Origin: Saprospiraceae bacterium
GTDB taxonomy: Bacteria > Bacteroidota > Bacteroidia > Chitinophagales > Saprospiraceae
NCBI GenBank assembly: GCA_036846745.1
Contig: DAIUBI010000001.1
Span: 1-51,109 of the forward strand
Length of the DNA: 51,109 bases
Direction of reading: 5' to 3'
The position numbers and the translations under genes are program-made. Positions 19,001-26,854 of the stretch are shown here, one piece after another; the first letter of the stretch is position 1; each line of letters opens with the position of its first letter. Under the pieces are notes generated by a model, which saw only the letters and a program-made list of their open reading frames with translations, made no database searches and was not told the DNA's origin.

Positions 19001-19393
19001 CTGGTCAGTAAATCCCGGGTCCGGGTTCGCCTGGTCATTACACGGAACAAATGAAATGTCCCATTCTGTACCATCAGTTGCACCAAAAAAACCTATTGGC
19101 CCCACTAGTGTAACCGATTGGCCGGCCGGCGAAGTAAGGGTGATGGAAAGGTCGCCAATATATTCGTGGTCCAGGTGCATGGTTACTCCACACACTCCCT
19201 GGCCATTTTGTCCCAAGGTAGGATTGTCGGCGCCCATTACATTAATCAGAAAATCCCCCTGAAAGTTATCCGGCATAAACTGAGGGCAATTGGTGCAACC
19301 ACAGCCCTGAGCAATCAATATACTTGTTTGACTCCCCCAAAAAATCAGTCCGACAAGTGTAATTCCTTTGATAATGGTTCTCCCTTTGCGCAT
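13088..19393 (-). CDS. Giant secreted repeat protein with N-terminal proprotein-convertase P-domain, SprB-type repeat and T9SS type-B (gliding-motility-associated, CHU_C-like) C-terminal domain
   Basis: The likely start is ATG 19393 (MRKGRTIIKGITLVGLIFWGSQTSILIAQ, a signal peptide); the track start at 19483 adds 30 implausible residues. A P-domain lies at about 18824-19261 (GDLSITLTSPAGQSVTLV...GTWTLTVVDGQGNDVGNFYDYEIIF). An SprB-like repeat is present (IRCNGEENGSVAV...YTITLQDANGCES). The type-B CTD is the last ~90 aa (VYIPNVFKPDGDINPILHIY...FDRWGEAV...GWDGTFKGQQVNPGVYVY...KGDVTVVR). Confidence 0.9.
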   Translation of the reverse strand: MRKGRTIIKGITLVGLIFWGSQTSILIAQGCGCTNCPQFMPDNFQGDFLINVMGADNPTLGQNGQGVCGVTMHLDHEYIGDLSITLTSPAGQSVTLVGPIGFFGATDGTEWDISFVPCNDQANPDPGFTDQWDNNQNWGIGNFYSGSYYPNAGCLENFNSGPVDGTWTLTVVDGQGNDVGNFYDYEIIFCDPSGISCFSCAAQAGNLEQPNVTACQGSINLNLNLPPTYTPPLVAPPAGEYSYTYIVSGTGGVILAYEPGPDLSGYDPGTYNVCGLSYFTAQEGDIPAPNGSLTTTQLSNQLESGSPPFCGDVSGNCVQVTINTAPPDVEEYVEICAPECYSFFNISYCQSGTYVRTITTAQGCQYTATLFLTVHQPALTNLNEVICDGDCATTPGFEDRCSPGVYQENLQTEFGCDSLVILNLQVLPVVAAATPNGQLDCNTTSISITGAGSSTGGTVTYLWTASNGGHIVGSNTNINVIVDEAGTYTLRVCRSGGGAFCCDSTSVSIIDNGAPPLAPASINGPSTVCLGDTIPFSAALVTGASSYTWTVPQGVTIIGSNTGSSILVVWNSNIPGQVCAASVNPCGTSPYLCKQVGVSQPAFGQLTHVCDSTNTNYTISIPINGGAPPYSIPGGLVTNGVFNSLPIPSGNLFNFQITDSLGCISDTLVGSFNCSCATGAGQMELTPLQACEDQTVTATHLGGQTLDGNDVTAYVLHSGSGTTLVPPVVAQNQTGTFGFQSGMVYGQTYYISLVAGNNIGGFPDPSDPCLSVSQGQPVVFMENPVANAGLDQDTCGLSLLLSANQGVGLGQWSILNTPLPDTLLISGSQNPNTAVTASGYGIYTLSWNLNNNGCTDSDTLVLDFNATPQTLNLLHTCDTANENFSVSFNISGGTPGYTISGTPAGSGSGANYQSVFIPNNDNYSYLVTDSAGCTSAPLTGTFACLCSSVAGQMESTTLTTCEGGSINAIHLGGQILDGNDTAAYVLHTLSGTTLGQVLDQNTSGSFSFLPGMTYGTTYYISFVVGNEVAGNLNLQDPCLAVASGQPVIFYENPVADAGLDQSTCGAILGLLANLPAGSSGQWTVNTMPPGGSLSLGNNQLPVTSATASTFGDYTLTWTLAQNGCIGTDQVVLQFHESPVLDDLTRICDASNQNFTVTLEISGGTAPYEVNGQSIPGSSFTSASFANGSSYSFAVVDANGCSIPQINGAFSCNCATDAGTMAAQALTVCQGQAAIATASGNATLDGNDITAYVLHNGTGPTLGQVFAQNTTGQFSFQAGQMQFGVTYYISLVAGNPLAGFPDPNDPCFSVAPGQPVVWLENPAPNAGTDATICGQTIDLQAGNSPFNGIWSQVSGPGVSTFQQNTDPGSTVNVSATGIYIYEWVLANGNCTAADQVSIQFNALPQVNQINELCDGTNTEYVVNFMASNGLAPYSVSGLTGIFNGNNFSSFPLPNNSTYSFVLSDANGCESPLVSGVENCDCATSAGTMTTNPAIFCAGSPATASWNNDATLDANDLVQFILHNGSGAVLGTVYATNSQPVFNFVPGLQTGVTYYISAIAGNNNGGNVDLNDMCLSVTPGAPVQWKPLPDASLTGDATICLGESSTLSFQGTGTYPLTVTYQENNTVNNLVLTGPQIVTVAVSPSVTSTYTLVQVTDGTLPTCQSAITDMATVVVNQPVEAGTPGPALAFCKGTANLVNLSSLLIGADTGGSWQETSATPSQGGAFSALNGTFQPGNQNAGVYTFRYVVTGAAPCANDEASVNITIHPQPNADAGSDQTLNCNLPAVNIGGPGTSTGVYLWILNGDTVSTDRLFQVKEGGNYTLQVTSPEGCTDTDIVTVLEDTEVPVATGAVSRNIRCNGEENGSVAVTGVQTSNPPVLYSLDGVTFSSSPVFSGLAAGEYTITLQDANGCESTTDTLTVTEPPAIITSLGANLLLQLADSAHILLQTSVPTDDLDIVWEPLLDESAVGQPFQHFLPWRSVQVAVTVTDSNGCIGQDRILVQVNRPYKVYIPNVFKPDGDINPILHIYADRDVEVIESFLIFDRWGEAVMEHKFFQPNDPANGWDGTFKGQQVNPGVYVYAAMVRFIDGERVLFKGDVTVVR
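14639..17590 (-). repeat. 3.7 tandem copies of a ~0.8-kb (266-269 codon) coding module inside the type-B giant gene
   Basis: I located module boundaries on the DNA at 17047, 16240 and 15436 (each starting NP[VA][AP][ND]AG[LT]D) and an end at about 14639. A partial copy lies at 17048-~17590. Each module has a leading Ig-like segment, then a C-x-C-A-T-x-AG-x-M segment, then ...LDGND.TAYVLH...TYYIS.VAGN...DPC. Confidence 0.85.
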
Positions 19394-19653
19394 GTAATGA
19401 TGTATCATCCAAATAAAGTTTGCAGATTGAAGGTTTTTTTGAATAATATTTTTCAATTGTGGCAATAGGATCTCATTAACCAATATTTTATTGGCAGATC
19501 ATATTGCTTTGATCGATCACAAGATATTCAGGTTGTTGAATTTATGAATCAAAAGGTGTGTTTAATCTTTAAGAGGCTAATCTGTACTTTATCGCTGCCT
19601 TCCATCCATACGTTAGTGCAGGTATTGAACAAGCGTATGTTGGGCATTTGAAA

Positions 19654-21015
19654 TCACATCTTTGGGTTACCTTTTATAGTAAGTTTTTGATCGTAAGGAG
19701 ATCTTAAAAAAGGATTCAATACCAATGCAAGGAGCAGTAGTGTGAGAGGATATGCGAGCCCGACGAAAGGCATTAATGTTGCATGGACTAACAAATGGGT
19801 TTTAAGAAATTCAGTAAGCAGGGGGGTAACGCCACCAAGTACACCATTGCCAACATTATGGGTAAATCCCATACTGGTGTATCGTGTTCTGCCCGAAAAA
19901 AACTCCATGACATAGATGCCCATAGGCCCGTATACCAACGCACTTGCTATGGTGTTAATCCAGGTTAGTCCTATAAATAAAAGTAAAATTGCTCCATCGA
20001 TTCCATGTGGAGTACTCAAATGGTTTGGGTTTCCGTAATGATAGAAAATCCAAAATGAACCGGGGATGGATATAGCACCCAGGCAAAGACCAGCGTAGAT
20101 TACTTTTCTTCTGCCATAACGGTCACTCCACTTACCTGCCCATTGGAAAAAAGGCGCTCCCAGTAGCAAAGCCGTGGCCAATATGATCAGACTGACATGT
20201 TCTTCAAGCCTGACGGTGCGTTGAAGAAAATACAACGTCACAAATTGAGCGGTTTGCATCAGGGTACTTTGCGCTGCGTTCCCTCCAAATATGATACCCA
20301 GAATGGTCCGCCAGTTCCGGAAGGAGCCTAAGGATTCTTTAACTGGCGCTTTTGATAGGCCTCCACTGGATTTAAGCTGAGTAAACTCAGGGGTTTCTTC
20401 CATTTTTCTCCGGATCAGATAAGAAAATACCACCAGCACAGCACTGGTCAAAAAAGGAATTCGCCAACCCCAGGCCTGGAAATCGGCCGGTTCCATCAGC
20501 GATTGTATTCCTATGACTACGGAAAGGCAGAGCAGCAGGCCTATGGGAACTGTGGCTTGAATGAATCCGGTATAATACCCCTTCTTATCCTCAGGAGCAT
20601 TTTCTGCTACATAAATAATGGCTCCGGAGTATTCTCCACTTAACGCGAATCCTTGTATAAGTCTTAGCGCCAGCAGAAAAAATGGAGCCCACCAGCCTAT
20701 TTGTTCAAAAGTTGGCAGTAATCCGATTAAAAAAGTGGCTCCACCCATCAACAGCAAAGACAACAGGAAGGAACGTTTCCGCCCCTTCCTGTCGCCTAAA
20801 CTTCCAAAAAATAATGATCCAAGTGGACGTACAAAAAAGGAAGAGCCTACTATAGCCAGTGTTTCCAGAAAGTAAACGCTTTCCCCACCAGGAAACAACT
20901 GGTTGCTCAATACTTTGGCTAAAATAATGGCCAGATAAAGATCATACCATTCCAGCAACGTGCCTACGGCTGAGGCCGCAAGGGCCAAACGCATCTTCCT
21001 GGTATCCTGACTCAT
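19654..21015 (-). CDS. MFS transporter (metabolite:H+ symporter / ProP-like family)
   Basis: The 453-aa product looks like a 12-TM protein and has the MFS loop motif GSLGDRKGRKRSF between TM2 and TM3. Its start is 5 nt after the stop of the upstream permease-M1 gene. Confidence 0.85.
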   Translation of the reverse strand: MSQDTRKMRLALAASAVGTLLEWYDLYLAIILAKVLSNQLFPGGESVYFLETLAIVGSSFFVRPLGSLFFGSLGDRKGRKRSFLLSLLLMGGATFLIGLLPTFEQIGWWAPFFLLALRLIQGFALSGEYSGAIIYVAENAPEDKKGYYTGFIQATVPIGLLLCLSVVIGIQSLMEPADFQAWGWRIPFLTSAVLVVFSYLIRRKMEETPEFTQLKSSGGLSKAPVKESLGSFRNWRTILGIIFGGNAAQSTLMQTAQFVTLYFLQRTVRLEEHVSLIILATALLLGAPFFQWAGKWSDRYGRRKVIYAGLCLGAISIPGSFWIFYHYGNPNHLSTPHGIDGAILLLFIGLTWINTIASALVYGPMGIYVMEFFSGRTRYTSMGFTHNVGNGVLGGVTPLLTEFLKTHLLVHATLMPFVGLAYPLTLLLLALVLNPFLRSPYDQKLTIKGNPKM

Positions 21016-21020
21016 GATCC

Positions 21021-24000
21021 TTAAAATTCCACTTCTTTGCGGTTATCCTCCGGCACCCTGTCAATGAGCTTATTGTACGGATCAATGCCTGCTTTTTCAG
21101 GCTTTTTGTTCACTTTGATCGTAATAGTGTGATCTCCGGCGGTCAGTTTGTGCTTTTTCAGATAAAGCGGAACGGTCAGTTTTTTGCCATTTGCTTCCAC
21201 TTTGTCTGGTGCAAATACACCAATGTCTATATAGTCATCCATGTTAGTGGCATCCGTTTCAGCACCCTTTTCATCTGCATAGCGTTTATTAGCCTTGACA
21301 GTTAGGGTGACTTCATACTCCTCGTTACCTATGGATTTTGCTTTCGCAGTGACCACCCGGTTCTCATACAGGGCTAATTTGTGCCAGCTGTCTTCCATGT
21401 AGTATTGCAGGGAGTCAGGCACAACTGTTTGAATAAAATCATGTAGGTCGTAACTGCCCGCAAACGGAGGGTTTTCCTTCATGCCAAAACTGTCGCGAAA
21501 CGCTTTAATAGCGCTGTTCAAGCGTTCTTCACCAATATAATCCTGAAGGCCATACAGAATGATACTGCCTTTTTGATACCACTGATAAGAACGATTGCAG
21601 TTGATAAAAACATTTTCCTTCTTGCTCTCGCTCGCCCGCCCGCGGAGGTAACCGTCCAGATCGTATTTAAGGAACTGCTGGACATTGTCCGGGCCATATT
21701 TTTGCTTGGCGATCATCAATGCGCTGTATTCAGCCAATGATTCGGAAACCAGATTGGAGCCCCGGGTAAAGTTTGGCACAACCTGGTGCCCCCACCATTG
21801 GTGAGCCAACTCATGTGCAGTTACATAATACCCATAGTCGTAGTCATTCGGGTCACTAAAATCTGCATACCAGCCGAAATCTTCTGAATATGGAATTGTG
21901 TTGGGGAAGGATTGAGCGAAGGCTGCATACCTCGGAAACTCCAGGATACGCACCTGCCTGAACTGATAAGGGCCAAAATTTTGATGGAAATAGGAAAGAC
22001 CATCTTTGAGTGCCGCCACAAACCGATCCAGGTTGTAATGATGTTCTTGATGATAAAATATCTCAATATTCACATCTTCCCCTTTAGGTGAAGTCCATTT
22101 GTCGCGAAGTACTGAATACCGGCCGGAAACTACATTGAAGAAGTAGTCGATTTTGCTGTCCTGCTTGTAGTGGAAATAACGCCGCCCGTTTTCTGTCCAT
22201 TCCCGTTGCAGATATCCCGGGGCCACCGCAATCTGATCCGGAACGGTGCTGACAATACATTCGAAGTTGATAAGGTCTGCATCATCATTAAAGAGCATGG
22301 TCTTCTCTCCATATGGATCACGGTGTGGCGGCAAATCATCCGGTTTTTCCACTAAACCATATTTTTTACGATCCTCGTCGCTCTCAAGCTCACCATTTGG
22401 ATCGTATCCGATGCTGGGTATGCCAGCACTGGTGAAGGTTCCGTTGTACAAGATTTCTCTTCGGTATCCATTGTTGACAAAACCGGGATTAGTCAGACTC
22501 GTTTTTATTTCCAGGGTTGCGGAATCGCCCGGCATAAGTGGTTTGGGCAGGGCAAAAATTCGGTATCCTGCCGTGTCCTGGTCGGTGAACCAACTCAACA
22601 CCGGGTTTGGCAGCAGGTCAAATTTAGTTACACTTACCGGTTGTTGATCAACGCTCAGGCTGAATTTCTGGCCATCTGAAGCCAGGATGTGGAGTGAATC
22701 AATGCGTTGATCCGTTTTGTTCTTCACTTTGATTATGGCACGCATTTCAAGTCGCCTTTCCTCCGGATGCACATCGGCATATAAAAACAGACTGGTCACT
22801 TTGGGTTGGGCAATGCGTTCGTATTTTTTATAACGCTTTTCATAGTCTGCCTGCAGCTTTTTGCCCTCATCCGGTCCTCTGTATTTGTTTACCACACTGA
22901 CATTGTAGTAGATAAATCCTCCGGACCCCAGCCATACAAGGGCAAGTGCCAACATACCCAACGAAAATTTGGTATTCCAGCGCTGTTTAAGCGCCTGCCA
23001 TCTCGTTTTGAAACGCTGTTCTGATCCTCTGGACCATAACAAGGAAGCTAACAGCAATAAAATAAATCCAAAGGCTGTCCAGTATATATTGAACCAAAAT
23101 AAAGGCTCCGCAAAATGCCCGAAGTCGTTCATATCTGAAATCAAATATCCCGGCTTATAGCTGTAAAGTGCCAGGTTATAGTTGAAGTTCATGAAACTTT
23201 GCAATATGAACATAGTAATCCAAACGCCTAATCCCACAAAGTGTCCGATGAATTTATTGTTGATCAGCGCATGAACAAAAAAGGCCAGAAGCGCCATTTG
23301 CAAATAATCCCAGAAAGTGATCAGATACAGATCGATGAGATAATAATGCAGTTTGATATGGAAGAATCCCCGTAATACCTGTACCGTCAATCCAACCAGC
23401 ATGGGCACTGTTGCCAGCATCAGGCATATCCCTACAATAGCCAGGAATTTTGAACCCAGTTGAACCCAGTTGGGAACCGGAAGGGTATCTGCAATGTTTG
23501 CAAATCGGGTTGCTTTGTCGCGATGGACTGTTTCACCCGTGTAAAACATGATCAAAATGAATACAAACAAGCCGTAATTGTAGGTTTTAAACAACAGCAT
23601 GTTCATGGTGACCGGGAGATCAGGAACGCCATATTGCAGATTTCCGATCCAATCATCCAAAAACAGGAATATGACAGCGCCAAGCATGATCGCAATGAAG
23701 TAGGCATCCCGCACAATGTTGCTGAATTCCAGCTTCCCAAGGTTAATCAGATTACTCCAAAGCGTTTTTTGGGTAAACTGCCGAAGGGAAAGGGGGAGTG
23801 CAACGCGGTTTGGTGCAGGAGCTTTTTCATCCTTACGCACTTTTCTTCCACTGGGCCTGTCTGTTGCAAATTTTTGCAGACTGAAACGGGTGTAAACCAC
23901 CACCAGCAGCAATAATCCGATACCCATCCAGATCAGTCTGTTCCATAACAGGTTGCCGGCAAACGGCAATAACTGCGTATTCTGTTCGGCAGGCGTCAGG

Positions 24001-24668
24001 TATTTGGTAGCATTGGTATAGGTATTGAGGGCAAAAGGATCTAATAAATCCACCAGATCCCTGTTTTCCAGATCCCGAACTAAAAAGTTGGAAAGCAGGT
24101 AAAGGATAAAAAGCAAAATGGATGCTGAATATAGCACACGGTTGCTTCTGGTGAGGGCTACCAATCCAAAAAAGATGGCGCTCGTGAACAGAAGACTGGG
24201 TAAGAATATCGTCAGGAATGGCCAGAAATAGAATTGGAATACATTTGGCCCGAAACGTTCAGGCTTTTCCCAGTCAAAGGCCGGCCCCAGCCAGGTACCC
24301 AAAACATACCCAACCAATGCTCCGGTGCTTATTCCCAGCAATATGAGAAAGGAACCCCAGAACCGGCCCCAGTAATAGGCGCCACGGGTAATAGGCGTGG
24401 CCAGCAAATACTCTCGCGTTTGATGCTCGATATCGCGGTATAAGGGAACCCCCATGACTGCCGAGCTGATCAGTACACAATAAATGCCCAGAATGGTCAT
24501 GTACAAGCCTATGGTTGTCGGCGCATTGTAATAAACTTTTTCACTGATACCGAGGCCTCCATTGGCTATGATAAGCGCGGTTAAGGCCAGCAATACCGCA
24601 AAGTAAATATAGGTGGCAGGCCTGCGAAGCCTGTATTGGATTTCAAAAGAAAAAACAGACCAAAACAT
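21021..24668 (-). CDS. Fusion protein: multi-pass ABC-2-type permease (N-terminal ~590 aa) + M1-family (gluzincin) metallopeptidase domain (C-terminal ~620 aa)
   Basis: The N-terminal part is strongly hydrophobic and multi-pass. The C-terminal part carries HELAHQWWGHQV-x18-ESLAEY, the HEXXH-18-E zinc site, with HELAH encoded at 21801-21815. The gene starts 11 nt after the ABC ATPase gene. Confidence 0.85.
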   Translation of the reverse strand: MFWSVFSFEIQYRLRRPATYIYFAVLLALTALIIANGGLGISEKVYYNAPTTIGLYMTILGIYCVLISSAVMGVPLYRDIEHQTREYLLATPITRGAYYWGRFWGSFLILLGISTGALVGYVLGTWLGPAFDWEKPERFGPNVFQFYFWPFLTIFLPSLLFTSAIFFGLVALTRSNRVLYSASILLFILYLLSNFLVRDLENRDLVDLLDPFALNTYTNATKYLTPAEQNTQLLPFAGNLLWNRLIWMGIGLLLLVVVYTRFSLQKFATDRPSGRKVRKDEKAPAPNRVALPLSLRQFTQKTLWSNLINLGKLEFSNIVRDAYFIAIMLGAVIFLFLDDWIGNLQYGVPDLPVTMNMLLFKTYNYGLFVFILIMFYTGETVHRDKATRFANIADTLPVPNWVQLGSKFLAIVGICLMLATVPMLVGLTVQVLRGFFHIKLHYYLIDLYLITFWDYLQMALLAFFVHALINNKFIGHFVGLGVWITMFILQSFMNFNYNLALYSYKPGYLISDMNDFGHFAEPLFWFNIYWTAFGFILLLLASLLWSRGSEQRFKTRWQALKQRWNTKFSLGMLALALVWLGSGGFIYYNVSVVNKYRGPDEGKKLQADYEKRYKKYERIAQPKVTSLFLYADVHPEERRLEMRAIIKVKNKTDQRIDSLHILASDGQKFSLSVDQQPVSVTKFDLLPNPVLSWFTDQDTAGYRIFALPKPLMPGDSATLEIKTSLTNPGFVNNGYRREILYNGTFTSAGIPSIGYDPNGELESDEDRKKYGLVEKPDDLPPHRDPYGEKTMLFNDDADLINFECIVSTVPDQIAVAPGYLQREWTENGRRYFHYKQDSKIDYFFNVVSGRYSVLRDKWTSPKGEDVNIEIFYHQEHHYNLDRFVAALKDGLSYFHQNFGPYQFRQVRILEFPRYAAFAQSFPNTIPYSEDFGWYADFSDPNDYDYGYYVTAHELAHQWWGHQVVPNFTRGSNLVSESLAEYSALMIAKQKYGPDNVQQFLKYDLDGYLRGRASESKKENVFINCNRSYQWYQKGSIILYGLQDYIGEERLNSAIKAFRDSFGMKENPPFAGSYDLHDFIQTVVPDSLQYYMEDSWHKLALYENRVVTAKAKSIGNEEYEVTLTVKANKRYADEKGAETDATNMDDYIDIGVFAPDKVEANGKKLTVPLYLKKHKLTAGDHTITIKVNKKPEKAGIDPYNKLIDRVPEDNRKEVEF

Positions 24669-24679
24669 AGGAATCAGGT

Positions 24680-25567
24680 TTAGAGGTTGACGAGGTCCAT
24701 TTTCTCAGATATGGCACGGAAGTACACGTCTTCCAGGGTTGGTTTTGCTGGCGCAAAGCCATTGCCAGGGTTTTCATCCGATGCTACACGGATGTACAGC
24801 ATACCCTCACTCAGGTTGGTGGCTATGACCCGATACTGCTCCCGGTAAGCGTCCATCTCTTGCTTGGGGATAGATTTAGCCCATACCTTGCCATCCATCA
24901 TATGAATGGCTTCATGGGGAGTACCAACATACATCACCTCTCCTCCGCAAATAATAGCGAATCGCTTGCAAAGGGTTTGTACGTCTTCCACGATATGGGT
25001 ACTGAGGATTACGATAGTGCTTTCACCGATCTCACTCAACAGATTGTAAAATCGGTTGCGTTCTGCGGGGTCCAAACCTGCAGTAGGCTCATCCACGATC
25101 AGAAGTTTTGGGTTGCCCAGTAATGCCTGAGCAATGCCGAACCGCTGTTTCATTCCACCGGAGTAAGTACCCAGGGAGCGTTTTCTGGCATCCCAAAGAT
25201 TTACTTTTTGCAGGAGCGCCTCAACAGCATGCTTGCGCTCACTATTATCAGCAATGCCTTTCAACCGGGCAATGTGATCCAGCATAACTTCTGCACTGAT
25301 TCTGGGATATACCCCAAACTCCTGTGGCAGATAACCCAATTGCCTTCTGACGGCATTGTGCTCTTTCAGAACGTCCAGATCGCCCAGCCGGATGGAGCCG
25401 CTTGAGGCATCCTGCAATGTGGCGATGGTACGCATAAGCGTTGATTTGCCAGCCCCGTTGGGGCCAAGGAGTCCAAACATGCCTTGCGGAATGGTGAGCG
25501 AAACACCATTCAATGCATGTACGCCGTTTCCATAGGTTTTGCTGAGGTTTTCAATGATCAGTTCCAT
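24680..25567 (-). CDS. ABC transporter ATP-binding protein
   Basis: It has Walker A (GPNGAGKST), a Q-loop, the ABC signature (YSGGMKQR), Walker B (LLIVDEPTAGLD) and an H-loop (LSTH). Confidence 0.95.
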   Translation of the reverse strand: MELIIENLSKTYGNGVHALNGVSLTIPQGMFGLLGPNGAGKSTLMRTIATLQDASSGSIRLGDLDVLKEHNAVRRQLGYLPQEFGVYPRISAEVMLDHIARLKGIADNSERKHAVEALLQKVNLWDARKRSLGTYSGGMKQRFGIAQALLGNPKLLIVDEPTAGLDPAERNRFYNLLSEIGESTIVILSTHIVEDVQTLCKRFAIICGGEVMYVGTPHEAIHMMDGKVWAKSIPKQEMDAYREQYRVIATNLSEGMLYIRVASDENPGNGFAPAKPTLEDVYFRAISEKMDLVNL

Positions 25568-25634
25568 AATTGTAAAAATGAGCCAATGGTTATTGTCTGA
25601 TATTATTTTTCATTTGGTCAATAGAGGATTGGGC

Positions 25635-25642
25635 CAAAAGTA
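25635..25642 (-). promoter_or_regulatory. Possible -7 box (TAnnTTTG) for the ABC ATPase/permease-M1/MFS operon
   Basis: The minus strand reads TACTTTTG, 68-75 nt upstream of the ATPase ATG at 25567. This is a motif match only, and I saw no -33 element at proper spacing. Confidence 0.25.
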
Positions 25643-25704
25643 AAACTAATGGCCAATAAAAATGAGAAATATTCAAATAGGAAATTGGGTGTCGTCTGAA
25701 AATA

Positions 25705-26673
25705 TTAGCCCTGGATGATTGCCCAATACAAAGGAAGGCCAATGGTAATATTGAATGGGAAAGTGACGCCAAGTGCCATTGGAATATATAAACCAGGGTC
25801 CGCTTTAGGCACGGCAAACCTCATAGCTGCAGGCACGGCAATGTAGGAAGCACTGGCGGCAAGTACACTTAACATGAAACGGTTACCGGGTTCAAATCCA
25901 AATACACCACTTAACCAGGCTGCAGCCAGGCCATTTAACAGCGGGATAATCAAGCCAAAAGCAGTTACGAACATTCCATAGCTTAGAAATGCTTTGAAGC
26001 GACGTGCGGCCAACATGCCCATATCAAGGAGAAAAACAGCCAGAAATCCCTTGAAAATATCGGATGTGAAGGGCTTAATTCCTTCTGCTTGTTTACTATC
26101 CGCTACCAAACCGATGATTAATGAGCCCATAACCATCAAAACGGAGCCATTAGTGAGGGACTCTCTTACCCATTTCCAAATGTGGCCTTTGGTTGGATTT
26201 TCGGGATCATGTGGCGCATACCGACCAATTAATAACAATCCTATGATAATTGCAGGAGCTTCCATCAGGGCCATTGCAGCTACGGTATGTCCACCATAAT
26301 GGATTTTAAGATTGTCGAGGAAAGCTGCTGCTGAAATAAAGGTGACGGCACTTACTGAACCATATGTGGCTGCAACTGCTCCCGCATCATAAATACTAAG
26401 CTTGCGTTTTAACAGGAAAAACGAATAAACAGGAATGATAACAGCCATGCCCATTGCGAAGGCAAGGGTTGAAAACAATTCAAGATCAAAAGCTTCATGA
26501 GCCAACTCCTGACCTCCACGAAAGCCAATAGAAAAGAGCAAATAAAGGGAGATGAATTTAACGGAACCAGGAGGAACCTCCAAATCACTTTTTAACATTG
26601 CCGCAGCTACTCCAAGAATGAAAAAGAGTAAGGTGGGGTTGGTAAGATTTGAAATAAGTATGCTGTTATCCAT
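25705..26673 (-). CDS. Sodium-dependent bicarbonate transporter family permease (SbtA-like, Sbt_1 family)
   Basis: MDNSILISNLTNPTLLFFILGVAAAMLKSDLEVPPGSVKFISLYLLFSIGFRGGQEL matches my recollection of the SbtA-family N-terminus, and the protein looks like a ~10-TM permease. I prefer ATG 26673; the track start at 26772 adds 33 Cys/Phe-rich residues. Confidence 0.75.
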   Translation of the reverse strand: MDNSILISNLTNPTLLFFILGVAAAMLKSDLEVPPGSVKFISLYLLFSIGFRGGQELAHEAFDLELFSTLAFAMGMAVIIPVYSFFLLKRKLSIYDAGAVAATYGSVSAVTFISAAAFLDNLKIHYGGHTVAAMALMEAPAIIIGLLLIGRYAPHDPENPTKGHIWKWVRESLTNGSVLMVMGSLIIGLVADSKQAEGIKPFTSDIFKGFLAVFLLDMGMLAARRFKAFLSYGMFVTAFGLIIPLLNGLAAAWLSGVFGFEPGNRFMLSVLAASASYIAVPAAMRFAVPKADPGLYIPMALGVTFPFNITIGLPLYWAIIQG

Positions 26674-26785
26674 GATGAAATTTGATGCAAAAAAACAATA
26701 CTTACAATAAATGGTTATTAGAATCATGTCAAAACAGCCATACTGCTGGATATTTTGCTTTAAAAGAATCATGTTTTATTCTTAA

Positions 26786-26846
26786 CGCAGAGGCGGAGAG
26801 CGTTTGACAATCAATTTTTACACCTCTGCGTCTCTACGCCTCTGCG
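26786..26846. promoter_or_regulatory. 15-bp inverted repeat (14/15 matches) with a 31-nt spacer in a divergent promoter region
   Basis: CGCAGAGGCGGAGAG (26786-26800) faces CTCTACGCCTCTGCG (26832-26846). The spacer holds a second copy of the right-arm core (CCTCTGCGT, 26823-26831), which is also an exact complement of 26785-26793. The site lies between the divergently transcribed SbtA-like and S8 peptidase genes. Confidence 0.4.
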
Positions 26847-26854
26847 GTAAAAAT

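Noticed and set aside
19394-19483. Upstream extensions of track ORFs using distant or non-ATG starts (19483 for the type-B giant, 26885 for the S8 peptidase, 26772 for the SbtA-like gene, 2288 for ALDH, 7265 for the SusC-like gene, 38951 for the HYR giant).
   Set aside because: In each case an internal ATG is immediately followed by a canonical signal peptide or the conserved N-terminus. The extension is non-conserved-looking sequence. The true starts still need experimental or comparative confirmation.
25590-25817. 75-aa minus-strand ORF as a candidate SbtB-like partner downstream of the SbtA-like gene.
   Set aside because: It overlaps the 3' end of the SbtA-like gene by 113 nt in another frame. 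Its sequence (MPCLKRTLVYIFQWHLASLSHSILPLAF...) is hydrophobic, not PII-like.
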